The notes beneath the pieces are model-generated. The model was not told the origin of the DNA. It saw only the letters and a program-made list of their open reading frames with translations, and made no database searches. Positions 1 through 9,413 of a stretch of DNA of 64,000 bases are shown one piece after another. Position 1 is the first letter of the stretch, and each line of letters opens with the position of its first letter. Both the position numbers and the translations under genes were made by a program. Source of the DNA: Candidatus Uhrbacteria bacterium (GTDB taxonomy: Bacteria; Patescibacteriota; Patescibacteriia; UBA9934); contig CALRHE010000003.1 of NCBI GenBank assembly GCA_943359345.1, positions 82 through 64,081 on the forward strand, given 5' to 3'.

Positions 1-588
1 GTCATCGCGGCTGTTGGTCGTAAACCTAGGCTTGAGGGGCTTAAGCTTGAGCGGGCGGAGATCACGTTTGATGATTATGGCAAACTGAAATTAAGCTCAA
101 GCTTACAGACGAGTAAAGAGCATATTTTTGCGGCTGGAGATGTCAGCTCACATGCTCAATTTACACACGTGGCCGCGCATGAAGGTTACGTTGCTGGTTG
201 GAACGCTGCTCAGGTCAAGCTCAAGGGGCCAACTCTTAAATTAGAAGAAAGGGTTATTCCGAGGATTACTTTTGTTGATCCGGAGGTAGCTTCGGTTGGT
301 TTAACTGTGACTGAGGTTACTAAGGCGAAAAAACATTTTAAAATTTTGCGTTTTCCTTTTTCAGCTCTGGGACGAGCTGCGATAGATGGCAATCGCGACG
401 GTTTACTAAAGGTTTTAATCGAGCCCAAAACCGGACAAATCCTCGGGGCCCACGTCACCGGTGAACGCGCTGGTGAAATTGTGCATGAGCTCGCGCTCGC
501 TATGTACGCGGGTGTACCGCTTCAAACGGTTCAGTCGATGTTACATGCTTATCCTAGCTGGAGCGAAGTTATTCCCGCGGCAAAGTAA
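1..588 (+). CDS. C-terminal part of a pyridine nucleotide-disulfide oxidoreductase (dihydrolipoyl dehydrogenase / mercuric-reductase-like dimerisation domain). The 5' end lies outside the window.
   Basis: The frame is open from position 1. The translation ...FAAGDVSSHAQFTHVAAHEGYVAGWNA...PEVASVGLTE...AYPSWSEV matches the FAD/NAD-linked reductase dimerisation domain. Confidence 0.6.
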   Translation, partial: VIAAVGRKPRLEGLKLERAEITFDDYGKLKLSSSLQTSKEHIFAAGDVSSHAQFTHVAAHEGYVAGWNAAQVKLKGPTLKLEERVIPRITFVDPEVASVGLTVTEVTKAKKHFKILRFPFSALGRAAIDGNRDGLLKVLIEPKTGQILGAHVTGERAGEIVHELALAMYAGVPLQTVQSMLHAYPSWSEVIPAAK

Positions 589-619
589 GCCTTGGATTAA
601 GATCAGCATGATAAAAGAG

Positions 620-654
620 ACGCTCCGACCTGCGCAAGGGCATGGTCGGAGCGT
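620..654 (-). terminator. Intrinsic terminator hairpin between two convergent genes: a 10-bp perfect stem (ACGCTCCGAC / GTCGGAGCGT) with a U-tract on the minus strand.
   Basis: The perfect inverted repeat 620-629 / 645-654 is followed on the minus strand by UCUUUUAU. It lies just downstream of the minus-strand gene 669..944. Confidence 0.6.
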
Positions 655-668
655 TGAAGCAGAGGAGG

Positions 669-944
669 CTAGCGACGCCGTGCCTTGGGCACGAAGTGCT
701 GCTGGTGCTGGTCTTCACTCCGCGGCACTGCGAGTGGACGACGCACCGGCTGCCGCTTTGATGCTGTCGACTCTTTCTCGTCCGTATCGGGATCCCCGAA
801 GCCGTCGAGTATTCCTTCGTCATCGAGCCTTTCGACGATGTCGGAGACCGAGCGATAGCACCTGGGGTAGTCGGTATCGCGCTCCGAGGGGTAGCGCCCA
901 GGGGAGGGGAAGCTGAGGCTTGAGGGGTCGAATCGGCGGGCCAT
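669..944 (-). CDS. Hypothetical small protein (91 aa) in a GC-rich island.
   Basis: A strong SD (GGAAGGAGGA) sits 6 nt upstream of the ATG on the minus strand. The gene has its own terminator. Local GC is about 60-65% versus about 50% in the flanks. Confidence 0.55.
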   Translation of the reverse strand: MARRFDPSSLSFPSPGRYPSERDTDYPRCYRSVSDIVERLDDEGILDGFGDPDTDEKESTASKRQPVRRPLAVPRSEDQHQQHFVPKARRR

Positions 945-1062
945 GGGGATCCTCCTTCCGGTTGTAACCGGAGTCGCCGTTGAAACAGCTGTTCCAACTA
1001 CAAACGACCAGTCTAAAGTATCAAAAACACAGCTTTTGTCAATTTAGGAATAGTGCTAAGCT

Positions 1063-1647
1063 ATGGCGACTATGACCAATGAAGTCGTCCTCGACATCGA
1101 AACTCAAAATACTTTTGATGAAGTGGGAGGGTATTTTACGGATAAATTGAAGGTGTCGCTCGTAGGTGTTTATTATTACGAAACAGATACCTACGAGTCG
1201 TATTTAGAGCACGAGCTACCGCAGCTATTTTCCAGACTCGAACGCTCTGGTCGGATCATCGGTTACAACTCCATCGGTTTTGATATGCCGGTTTTGAATA
1301 ATTATTACGCGGGCGATCTTTTGAAATTACCACAGCTCGATATTTTGGCGGAGATCCAAAAGTCGCTCGGGTATCGTATCAAGCTCGATGCCGTTGCTCA
1401 GAGCACGATTGGCACTAAGAAGTCCGGTCACGGTCTCCAGGCGGTCCAGTGGTGGAAAGAAGGGAATATCGAGGCAATTAGGGAATATTGTCTCCAGGAC
1501 GTGAAGGTTACCAGGGAAGTGTATGAGTACGGTCTTAAGCACAATTGTTTACTCTTTGATGACCGTTCGGGCGAGCGTAAAGCCATTCCGGTAGACTTCA
1601 TTGCCAAGCTACCCACAGCCACCCTGAACCTGACGCTGGGTCTTTAG
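1063..1647 (+). CDS. DEDDy-type 3'-5' exonuclease domain protein.
   Basis: Exo I (VLDIETQ), Exo II (YNSIGFDMPVL) and Exo III (YCLQDVKVT, Y-x3-D) motifs are present in the correct order. Confidence 0.65.
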   Translation: MATMTNEVVLDIETQNTFDEVGGYFTDKLKVSLVGVYYYETDTYESYLEHELPQLFSRLERSGRIIGYNSIGFDMPVLNNYYAGDLLKLPQLDILAEIQKSLGYRIKLDAVAQSTIGTKKSGHGLQAVQWWKEGNIEAIREYCLQDVKVTREVYEYGLKHNCLLFDDRSGERKAIPVDFIAKLPTATLNLTLGL

Positions 1648-1884
1648 GCCGGGGGTGTATACTATCCCGCAAGTACCTTTTACGACTCGAAGTTTTACAA
1701 ATTGGCTGACCTTCGTAAGCCTACGATCGTTATCCACAAACACTCCTTCACCACAACCGGTAGTGGTATACTACCTTTGTTAGGCACAATAGGTTGTGCC
1801 AACCGTCGGTGGTGGAGGCCCCACATCCATCCTCACTTTGACGTCACATAGAACGTCGGACGTGTGGATATTTTTTTCTGAGCT

Positions 1885-2880
1885 ATGTACCAAACGACTT
1901 TACAGACATTCGTCGCACCGGCTACTGGTAAGACTCAAACGCTTTTAACTCCGCGTAAAGTCTATCGCCCTTTTGAATATCCTCATTACTACGAATATTT
2001 CCAAAAACAAAATCAGGCTCACTGGCTACCCATCGAGGTCCCGATGGAGAGCGATATCGCCGATTACCGTTTTCGCATGACCGAGCCGGAGAAGAACCTG
2101 ATTATCCAAATTTTGCGTTTCTTCACTCAAGGTGATCTCGAGGTCAATAATAACTATAATCAGCACCTCATCCCAGCCTTTCCCAAACCAGAAATCAAAA
2201 TGATGCTGTCAGCCTTCGCAGCCATGGAGGGCGTCCATGTTTGGGCCTACTCTTACTTGAATGACTCGCTCGGTCTACCGGAAAAAGAGTACTCAGCTTT
2301 TTTGGAGTACCAATCGATGAGAAACAAATACGATTACCTCCAGCAGTTCAATGTCCACAACATTGAAGAGCTGGCCACTAATTTAGCAGTTTTTGGAGCT
2401 TTCATGGAAGGTGTTAGTTTGTTCTCTTCCTTTGCTATTCTCATGAACTTCCCGCGCATGGGAAAAATGAAGGGTGTAGGACAGATTGTGACTTGGAGTA
2501 TTCGTGATGAGAGTTTGCACAGTAAAGGTGTGTGTCATTTGTTCCGCGACTTGATGGCTGAGAATCGTTACCTCTGGACTCCGGCCTTTCAAAACCTGTT
2601 GTATCAACGTTGCGACGAGATGATTCTGCTCGAAGACGCTTTTATCGACACCTGCTTCTCAATGGGCGAGGTCGCCGGTCTCAAGCCGGCAGATGTAAAG
2701 CAGTACATTCGTTACATCGCTGATCGCCGTTTACATGACATCGGTCTCGACGCTAGATACAACGTTACTAATCCGCTGGAATGGTTGGATATCATGGTCA
2801 ATGCTAAAGAGCACACCAACTTCTTTGAGAATCGAGCCACAGAATACGCTAAAGGCGCCGTCCTCGATGACTGGACCTAA
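1885..2880 (+). CDS. nrdB: Ribonucleotide reductase class I beta (R2) subunit.
   Basis: Ferritin-like di-iron protein of 331 aa with the EGVH / RDESLH motifs and a C-terminal ...DDWT tail, directly upstream of the alpha subunit. Confidence 0.85.
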   Translation: MYQTTLQTFVAPATGKTQTLLTPRKVYRPFEYPHYYEYFQKQNQAHWLPIEVPMESDIADYRFRMTEPEKNLIIQILRFFTQGDLEVNNNYNQHLIPAFPKPEIKMMLSAFAAMEGVHVWAYSYLNDSLGLPEKEYSAFLEYQSMRNKYDYLQQFNVHNIEELATNLAVFGAFMEGVSLFSSFAILMNFPRMGKMKGVGQIVTWSIRDESLHSKGVCHLFRDLMAENRYLWTPAFQNLLYQRCDEMILLEDAFIDTCFSMGEVAGLKPADVKQYIRYIADRRLHDIGLDARYNVTNPLEWLDIMVNAKEHTNFFENRATEYAKGAVLDDWT

Positions 2881-2925
2881 AGTCACCTCTCAAACACCTG
2901 CCTTCGCCCTAGCTGAGGACAGGCA

Positions 2926-2963
2926 ATCCCCTTAACCCCCTCAACCCCATCAACCCCCTTCAC
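2926..2963 (+). repeat. C-rich intercistronic motif (CCCCTTAACCCCCTCAACCCCATCAACCCCCTTCAC). It is a G4-capable G-tract array on the opposite strand.
   Basis: TCAACCCC-type tandem units fill the nrdB-nrdA spacer. The same motif class recurs at 9848, 16475 and 37933. Confidence 0.6.
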
Positions 2964-2967
2964 TCTT

Positions 2968-4869
2968 ATGCCTTACTCGACAGTTATCGAAGCTTTGTCC
3001 GCTAACGATCTTGAAAGTGCCAGCAAAATGTTATTAAACGAGATTTTAGAGGCCACTAAGACTAAAAATAGTTGGGACTGTCCACACTATACAGCTGACA
3101 AAAGCGTGCAGCAGGGCATCAAAATCGACGAGAGTCGTAACGAGTGGTTTACCTATTTTGGACTTGAGAATTTACGTGATCGTTACTTCCTGAAAAACGC
3201 CGCCGGTGAGATTTGCGAAAACCCCCAAACTTTCTACGCTCGAGTAGCCACTGGCATGGCTCGCAATGATGCTGCTCACGCTCAGCAGCTGTACGAGATT
3301 TTAAGTAAGGGTTGGTTTATTGCGGCCACGCCGACGCTCATGAACATCGGGACCAACAAAGGTTTGCCGATCTCGTGTTTTTTGAACACGGTACCCGACA
3401 CGCTGGAAGGTATTTTTGATGTCTTCCGTGAGAACGCTTTCTTGTCCAAGTACGGTGGCGGGATCGGCACTGACTGGTCTCAGCTGCGTGGTCAGAACGC
3501 GCCTTTAAAGGCTAGTGGTCTGAAATCATCGGGCGTGATTCCGTTTTTGAAGATCATGGATTCCGAAACAATCGCAATTTCGCGCAACTCCACCCGTCGT
3601 GGGGCTGCTGCCGCTTACCTGCGTATTGATCACCCTGATATCGAAGACTTTTTGGAGCTGCGTAAGCCTGGCGGCGATCAAGATCGACGTTGCATGAACA
3701 TTAATAACGGTTTGGTGTTAACCGATGCTTTCATGGAAGCTGTCGAGGCAGGGAAGCCCTATCAGCTGGTTGATCCGCACTATGGCACAGTGGCCCGCGA
3801 GCTAGACGCCTTAACCATGTGGCGTAAGATTTTGTCCATGCGGGCTGAAACTGGCGAGCCGTACATGATTTTTATAGATACCGTCAACAAAGCCAGACCC
3901 CAGCATCACAAAGATCTTGGTTTGATGGTGCGTCAGAGTAACTTGTGTACCGAAATTGTTCTACCAACCGATGAAACTAGAACCGCTGTTTGTTGCCTTG
4001 GTAATCTCAACCTTGAGAAGTGGGAAGACTGGAAAGATCACATCGAAGACATAACTTACGTGTGCGTCAAAGCGCTTGATAATAATCTAGAAACTTTTTG
4101 CGACCTGGCCGATCCGGTGGAATTCAAGAAAGCCATCAACTCGGTTAAGCACGAGCGTTCCATTGGTCTCGGGGTCATGGGTTACCATGGCTATCTCATG
4201 TCCAAGAACGTGCCTTTTGAGAGCGTGCTGGCTCGGGCTATCAACAAAGAAATTTTTGGAGCTATTCACAAGCACGCTACGGCTGCGAGTGTGAAGTTGG
4301 GTCAGGAACGGGGTTTGCCACAGGATGGTGGGGTCCAACGTAATAGCTATGTGACTAGTATTCAACCGACTGCCTCAACCGCCTTTATTTGTGGCGAAGC
4401 GTCGCCCTGTGTTGAACCCATCTCTGGAAATGCTTATCTACAAAAAACCTTGTCAGGGAGTTTTCTTGTCAAAAATAAGTTCTTGATACGTTTCTTAGAA
4501 ACTAAGGCCATGAATACATCTGAAGTTTGGAAGCGTATCATTGCTGATAAGGGGAGCGTCATTAATGTTGCGGGGTTGACCGAGGACGAGAAGGCAGTGT
4601 TCCGTACCGGTTACGAGATGAACATGCGCGAAATTGTGCAGCAAGCTGCTGATCGGCAACCGTTTATAGATCAGGCTCAGTCTCTCAACTTGTTCTTTGC
4701 TACGCCAGTGAGCGGTAAGTATCTGAACGAGGTCCACATGCAGGCCTGGAAGTCAGGCTTAAAATCTCTTTACTACCTCCGTTCCGCTGCCCCGATTGAA
4801 GCTGATAGCATTTCGATGCAAACCACAAAACGTGACGTCGCCAGCGAGGAATGTGCTGTCTGTCAATAA
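2968..4869 (+). CDS. nrdA: Ribonucleotide reductase class I alpha (R1) subunit, short form without an N-terminal ATP-cone.
   Basis: 633 aa with the catalytic NLCTEI motif, a C-terminal YYLRS tyrosine pair, and no VxKRDG ATP-cone signature at the N-terminus. Confidence 0.85.
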   Translation: MPYSTVIEALSANDLESASKMLLNEILEATKTKNSWDCPHYTADKSVQQGIKIDESRNEWFTYFGLENLRDRYFLKNAAGEICENPQTFYARVATGMARNDAAHAQQLYEILSKGWFIAATPTLMNIGTNKGLPISCFLNTVPDTLEGIFDVFRENAFLSKYGGGIGTDWSQLRGQNAPLKASGLKSSGVIPFLKIMDSETIAISRNSTRRGAAAAYLRIDHPDIEDFLELRKPGGDQDRRCMNINNGLVLTDAFMEAVEAGKPYQLVDPHYGTVARELDALTMWRKILSMRAETGEPYMIFIDTVNKARPQHHKDLGLMVRQSNLCTEIVLPTDETRTAVCCLGNLNLEKWEDWKDHIEDITYVCVKALDNNLETFCDLADPVEFKKAINSVKHERSIGLGVMGYHGYLMSKNVPFESVLARAINKEIFGAIHKHATAASVKLGQERGLPQDGGVQRNSYVTSIQPTASTAFICGEASPCVEPISGNAYLQKTLSGSFLVKNKFLIRFLETKAMNTSEVWKRIIADKGSVINVAGLTEDEKAVFRTGYEMNMREIVQQAADRQPFIDQAQSLNLFFATPVSGKYLNEVHMQAWKSGLKSLYYLRSAAPIEADSISMQTTKRDVASEECAVCQ

Positions 4870-4900
4870 ACTTAAAATAACGCAAGACCTCATCTTTCAA

Positions 4901-5031
4901 TTAACACAGATTCGTGAGCAGCACGGACAGATTTTACACAGATAGCTAAACGGCCCTACTTGCGTTCGAGGTCGTTTTGGCTTATATCATCTGTGTTAAA
5001 TCTGTAGGCACCGATTAACTATCTGTGTAAA
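4901..5031. repeat. Two interleaved perfect inverted-repeat pairs: TTAACACAGAT / ATCTGTGTTAA and TTTACACAGATAG / CTATCTGTGTAAA.
   Basis: IR-A is 4901-4911 with 4989-4999 (11/11). IR-B is 4933-4945 with 5019-5031 (13/13). The A-B-A'-B' order places four ACACAGAT sites about 33 bp apart, which looks more like protein-binding sites than a simple hairpin. Confidence 0.6.
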
Positions 5032-5106
5032 TCAAAATCAGAGTGAGTGATGGTGTGGAGATTGTGGATAGACCCCCTTCTGTGATAGGTTAAGATTAGT
5101 ATACTG

Positions 5107-5562
5107 ATGCCACTGTTAGTTATTTTTATCGTTATGAAGTTGTCAGCCGCTTTAGACCTGGTCCAAAACGATCTGCCCCTTGTTGTCAGAGACAAAACCT
5201 TTGCTCCGCGAGGCATTGAAGAGGCCAAACTAGAAACCGGGGAGAGCGTCTACTGGGTTTATACCAAGGACGGCATGTGGCTATCCTTTGATCCAGACGG
5301 TGAGGAGATCATTCTCTTTGAAGATATTGACGAAGAGCTTGAGCCAGAGGACGACACAGTTGTGTATCAGGGCGAAGACTACGAGTTTTCGTACGAAGGT
5401 ATTGCCAAGGTGGACGATGATGACGGTGGAACTACGACTAACTTCAAGGATTACGAGAACGGTGATGGTGACTTGGTGCGGATCATGGAAGATGATTCTA
5501 CCGGAGATAAATCATACGCATACGGCATCAAAATTACCGAAGAAGATCTGCAAGAAGCGTAA
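5107..5562 (+). CDS. Hypothetical acidic protein (D/E-rich C-terminal half), probably from a leaderless transcript.
   Basis: A TATACT -10-like hexamer at 5096-5101 ends 6 nt before the ATG and there is no SD. The start could also be the internal Met at 5134. Confidence 0.45.
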   Translation: MPLLVIFIVMKLSAALDLVQNDLPLVVRDKTFAPRGIEEAKLETGESVYWVYTKDGMWLSFDPDGEEIILFEDIDEELEPEDDTVVYQGEDYEFSYEGIAKVDDDDGGTTTNFKDYENGDGDLVRIMEDDSTGDKSYAYGIKITEEDLQEA

Positions 5563-5609
5563 TCCTCATCCTCATCCTTACCATACCTACTCATTTGCCT
5601 CTCAGATCA

Positions 5610-5705
5610 GGACGGATAGAGACGGATAAGCACGGATGCGAATAATCGTAGCGTTCACTGGAATCGACATTACATCCGTCCACATCCGTCTCTATCCGTG
5701 CTTAT
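5610..5705. repeat. Family-1 palindromic element: ACGGAT decamer repeats forming a long imperfect hairpin.
   Basis: ACGGATAGAGACGGAT (5612-5627) is the exact reverse complement of 5684-5699. An inner CGGATG/CATCCG pair and 10-bp-phased GACGGATAGA|GACGGATAAG|CACGGATGCG units are present. Homologous copies lie at 36465 and 32053. Confidence 0.7.
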
Positions 5706-5742
5706 GGAGGAGATATGTAGTTGGTTTGGTAAGCTGTAATCT

Positions 5743-7731
5743 GTGTCTACATTGGAGCGGAGGAATCGAGCTCAAGATAACGGTTGGCGCTTACGCGCTC
5801 TCCGTTTTTTGTTTCTTGCCATAGCCTTGGTTGTCATTGCGCGTTTATTCATGATTCAAATTTGGGACGGCGCCACCTACAAAGCCTTGGCCGAAGGCCA
5901 ATATTCGCTCTATGAACAATTAGTCCCTGAGCGCGGACGAATTTTTGTTAGAGATCACGGTGACGACACTGAGTATCCCGTGGCTACGACTGCGCCTAAA
6001 GCCTTTGTTTACGCCGATCCTCGCCTGGTGACTGATCCAGTGGCGCTGGGTATAGACATTGCTAAAATTTTAAAACTCGAAGGACTAGAGGAGTACGAAC
6101 GTTATGTGACGCTTGAACAATTACGCGCTGCTGGGCGCTTCACTGAAGCCCAGGAGCTAGAAAATCTCATGCGCCAGGACCGGCTCACTAAAGCTGCGGC
6201 TGAAGTTGATGAGCCTACGCCGGAACTAGTTTTAGTCACCGAACCGGTCGTGCTTGATCAAGCAGTCCCCGAAACCGTGGCTGAAGTGGCGCTTGTCGAG
6301 CCGTTCACACTTGACGATAACCCAGTCTTTGCTCTCATAGCTCGCTTGAGCAAACCTAATGACCCGTATGAGCCCGTGGCGCGTAATGTGAGTGATGAGC
6401 AGCTGGATTTGATTAAGACCATCGAGACCGAAGCTCTAGACTACATTGTTGAGGACACTCGTTCTTACACGGAACCTGGATTTGGCGGACAGGTGTTAGG
6501 CTTCTTGGGTAAACAGGACGACGGTCAGCCCATAGGCTTGTATGGGCTCGAGGGTTTTTTTGATGATTTTTTATCTGGCCAGGCCGGTCAGTTGTATTCG
6601 CAGACCGATATTTCCGGCCATTGGATTGGTGTAGGTGATAGACACTTCAAACCGGCTATCGACGGCGGTGACATGTTGTTAACCATTGACCGCACCTTGC
6701 AAGTTGAGGTCTGCAAAATTTTGACGCGTGGGGTTGAAAAGTTTAAGGCTGATACAGGTACTGCAATTGTGCTTGAACCTGCGACCGGTAGAGTTTTAGC
6801 TATGTGTGGTGCTCCTGATTTTTATCCGGCCGAGTATTCTAAGGTTGAAGACGCCTCAGTCTATAACAACACCGCTATCTTTACGGCTTATGAGCCGGGT
6901 TCAGTGTTTAAGCCTGTGACTATGGCGGCAGCTATTGATGTTGACGTGGTCACACCTGAGTCTCGTTTTACGGACCCTGGGTATGTGGAGATAGATGAAT
7001 TTACCATTCACAATGCGGCTGACAAAGTTTTTGGTAATGTTTCAATGATTGAAGTACTTGAAGAATCAATTAACACCGGTATGGTTTGGGTCATGCGACA
7101 AACTGGTCGTGATCGCTTTCAGGATTACGTAGAAAAATTTGGTTTTGGTCAGCTGACAGGTATAGATTTGAAGACTGAAGTGGCGGGTAATACTAGTTTA
7201 CTCGATGAGCGTGCCGAGGTGTATCCTGCGACTGCGTCTTTTGGTCAGGGTATTACTACCACACCCCTTCAGATAGTAAACGCTTACGCGGCTTTGGCGA
7301 ACGGCGGGATGCTCATGAAGCCTTATATCGTGGATGAGCTCCGCTATCCTGACGGCACAGTTGAAAAGGTGCTACCACAAGAAGTTCGCCAGGTGGTCAC
7401 GCCTTCAACGGCTACTACGATTGGTGCCATGTTGGTGTCAGTAGTTGAGTACGGACACGGTAAGCGGGCAGGGGTTCCAGGTTATTACATTGGGGGTAAA
7501 ACCGGTACGGCTCAGATTGCCCGGAACGGCGTTTACTCAGAGACTGAATTTAATGGTACCTTTGCTGGTTATGGGCCTGTTCAAGATCCACGCTTTGCCA
7601 TGATCGTTAAGATTGAGAACCCCAAAGACGGAGTAGTCTATGCGGAAAGTACGGCTGCGCCTATTTTTGGAGAAATCGCCGATTTTCTGCTTGAGTACTA
7701 CGGCGTTGCTCCAGAGCGATCCATCGAGTAG
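5743..7731 (+). CDS. ftsI: Penicillin-binding protein 2 / FtsI-like peptidoglycan transpeptidase.
   Basis: 662 aa with a GTG start, an N-terminal TM helix, and SVFK (SxxK), SIN (SxN) and KTGTA (KTG) motifs. Confidence 0.8.
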   Translation: MSTLERRNRAQDNGWRLRALRFLFLAIALVVIARLFMIQIWDGATYKALAEGQYSLYEQLVPERGRIFVRDHGDDTEYPVATTAPKAFVYADPRLVTDPVALGIDIAKILKLEGLEEYERYVTLEQLRAAGRFTEAQELENLMRQDRLTKAAAEVDEPTPELVLVTEPVVLDQAVPETVAEVALVEPFTLDDNPVFALIARLSKPNDPYEPVARNVSDEQLDLIKTIETEALDYIVEDTRSYTEPGFGGQVLGFLGKQDDGQPIGLYGLEGFFDDFLSGQAGQLYSQTDISGHWIGVGDRHFKPAIDGGDMLLTIDRTLQVEVCKILTRGVEKFKADTGTAIVLEPATGRVLAMCGAPDFYPAEYSKVEDASVYNNTAIFTAYEPGSVFKPVTMAAAIDVDVVTPESRFTDPGYVEIDEFTIHNAADKVFGNVSMIEVLEESINTGMVWVMRQTGRDRFQDYVEKFGFGQLTGIDLKTEVAGNTSLLDERAEVYPATASFGQGITTTPLQIVNAYAALANGGMLMKPYIVDELRYPDGTVEKVLPQEVRQVVTPSTATTIGAMLVSVVEYGHGKRAGVPGYYIGGKTGTAQIARNGVYSETEFNGTFAGYGPVQDPRFAMIVKIENPKDGVVYAESTAAPIFGEIADFLLEYYGVAPERSIE

Positions 7732-7743
7732 TCTATAGATAAT

Positions 7744-9030
7744 ATGAAAAAGCTCGTGATCAAGGCCCTGTCGAGTGTGGCCCGCAGCAAGATCAACAAG
7801 TTTAAGCCGACCATCATTGCGGTTACTGGTTCGGTGGGTAAAACCTCAACTCGTACTGCTATAGCTATCGCCGTTGGGGCCAAGTATCGGGTCCGGAGTG
7901 CACTTAAGAATTACAACAACGAGATCGGCTTGCCGTTAGCGGTGCTCGGCGAGCAAAGTCCTGGTAAGAACGCTTGGGAGTGGTTAAAGCTATTTGCCCG
8001 AGCCTTGAAGACTTCGGACATACCCGAGTATTTAGTGCTCGAATACGGTGTCGACCAGCCGGGTGATATGACGGAGCTTGTAAAGATAGCCAAGCCGGAG
8101 ATTGCGGTTATCACCGCTATCTCGCCGGTTCATGTTGCAAACTATCCGAGTCTCGACGCACTCATTAATGAAAAAGCTGCACTTGGTGAAGCTGTTGAGG
8201 CTGGCGGGCTCGTACTCTTGAATGGTGACGATCCACGAGTGATGGACATGCGCCGCCGCTTTACGGCCCCAGTCAAAACTTACAGCTTAAGCAACGGCGA
8301 TGCTTACGCTACAGACATTCGTCGGGAATATCCCGTTGCAGACAGTTTTGACGTGGGCGAAGTTTTTGTGGTTACTCGGGCGACTTTGAATGTTGGTCAC
8401 GAGAGCGCTGAATTAGTTTTGAATAATTGCGTCACCACCTCGCTAGTATCGTCGGCCTTAGCTGCGGCCGTAGTTGCTGTTCAGGTTGGAGTACCGCTAC
8501 GCGACGCCGCGGCCGCACTCTCGAAGGAGCTTGTGCCTGTTAGCGGTCGTCTGCGACCCTTGGCTGGTATTAAGGGCTCGTTAATTCTTGATGATAGCTA
8601 CAACGCCGCCCCGGCCTCGATGTTAGCCGGCCTCGAAGCCCTTGAGCAATTTACACCGGGTGAAGAATACGATCGTCGGATCGCTGCGCTGGCTGACATG
8701 GCTGAACTCGGACCGTTGTCCGAATCTGAACATCGTGCCTTGGGTGAGCGCGTAGCTAAAGGTGTTGATTTATTTGTAGCTGTCGGTCCTCAGATGCGTT
8801 TTGCTACCGTAGCTGCTGAAGCCGCCGGCATGGATAGAAACAAAATTATCTGGTTTAAGGACTCGGTCGAGGCCGGTAGGTATTTAGATCGAGTCATTGA
8901 AAAGGGCGATGTTGTGCTTGTGAAGGGCTCGCAATCTCAGCGCATGGAAAAGGTCGTTAAAGACATTATGGCTGAGCCTGGTCGAGCATCCGAGTTGCTG
9001 GTAAGACAAGAGGCTAAGTGGTTGACTTGA
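7744..9030 (+). CDS. murF: UDP-N-acetylmuramoyl-tripeptide--D-alanyl-D-alanine ligase.
   Basis: Mur ligase with a P-loop (VTGSVGKTST) and a C-terminal Mur ligase domain. Confidence 0.75.
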   Translation: MKKLVIKALSSVARSKINKFKPTIIAVTGSVGKTSTRTAIAIAVGAKYRVRSALKNYNNEIGLPLAVLGEQSPGKNAWEWLKLFARALKTSDIPEYLVLEYGVDQPGDMTELVKIAKPEIAVITAISPVHVANYPSLDALINEKAALGEAVEAGGLVLLNGDDPRVMDMRRRFTAPVKTYSLSNGDAYATDIRREYPVADSFDVGEVFVVTRATLNVGHESAELVLNNCVTTSLVSSALAAAVVAVQVGVPLRDAAAALSKELVPVSGRLRPLAGIKGSLILDDSYNAAPASMLAGLEALEQFTPGEEYDRRIAALADMAELGPLSESEHRALGERVAKGVDLFVAVGPQMRFATVAAEAAGMDRNKIIWFKDSVEAGRYLDRVIEKGDVVLVKGSQSQRMEKVVKDIMAEPGRASELLVRQEAKWLT

Positions 9031-9071
9031 AAGAAATCAAGTCTTGGCCTACCCTGGCCTGGGAGGTGCAA

Positions 9072-9362
9072 ATGAAACATCACAGTCCGATCGTGCGACC
9101 GACCAGCGTTTTGTGGGGGGTGCTTACAACAGCCATCATCGCCTTCATCATCGCTGCCGGGCTAGGCAGCCTGTTCATCTACACTACTCTGCAGGCTTGG
9201 AACCAGCCGGGGCCGTGGCTAGAGCCTCTGTTGCTTGGGACCCTGCTACTGCTGATCGCCGTATACATGCTCACACTGGCCGGGTACTGTTGGCGACGGC
9301 TGGGACAGATCGAAGCCAGACACGTGGCGGTGACTGGTGATCGGGACACCGAACCCCGGTGA
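9072..9362 (+). CDS. Hypothetical small membrane protein (two TM helices) in a GC-rich island.
   Basis: A GGAGGTG SD precedes the ATG at 9072. Local GC is about 60%. Two hydrophobic helices are present. Confidence 0.5.
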   Translation: MKHHSPIVRPTSVLWGVLTTAIIAFIIAAGLGSLFIYTTLQAWNQPGPWLEPLLLGTLLLLIAVYMLTLAGYCWRRLGQIEARHVAVTGDRDTEPR

Positions 9363-9413
9363 AGTTCACCTACCTTCTCGGTCGTCTGGTTTCAGCTCCT
9401 CGAGCTAGACGAC

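Noticed and set aside
1650-1884. NrdR box or B12 riboswitch upstream of nrdB.
   Set aside because: No 16-bp ACACWAWATWTWGTGT-type palindrome pair was found and no nrdR gene is nearby. Class I RNR is not B12-dependent. Only two GTATACTA words were seen (1661, 1773), which are probably -10-like elements.
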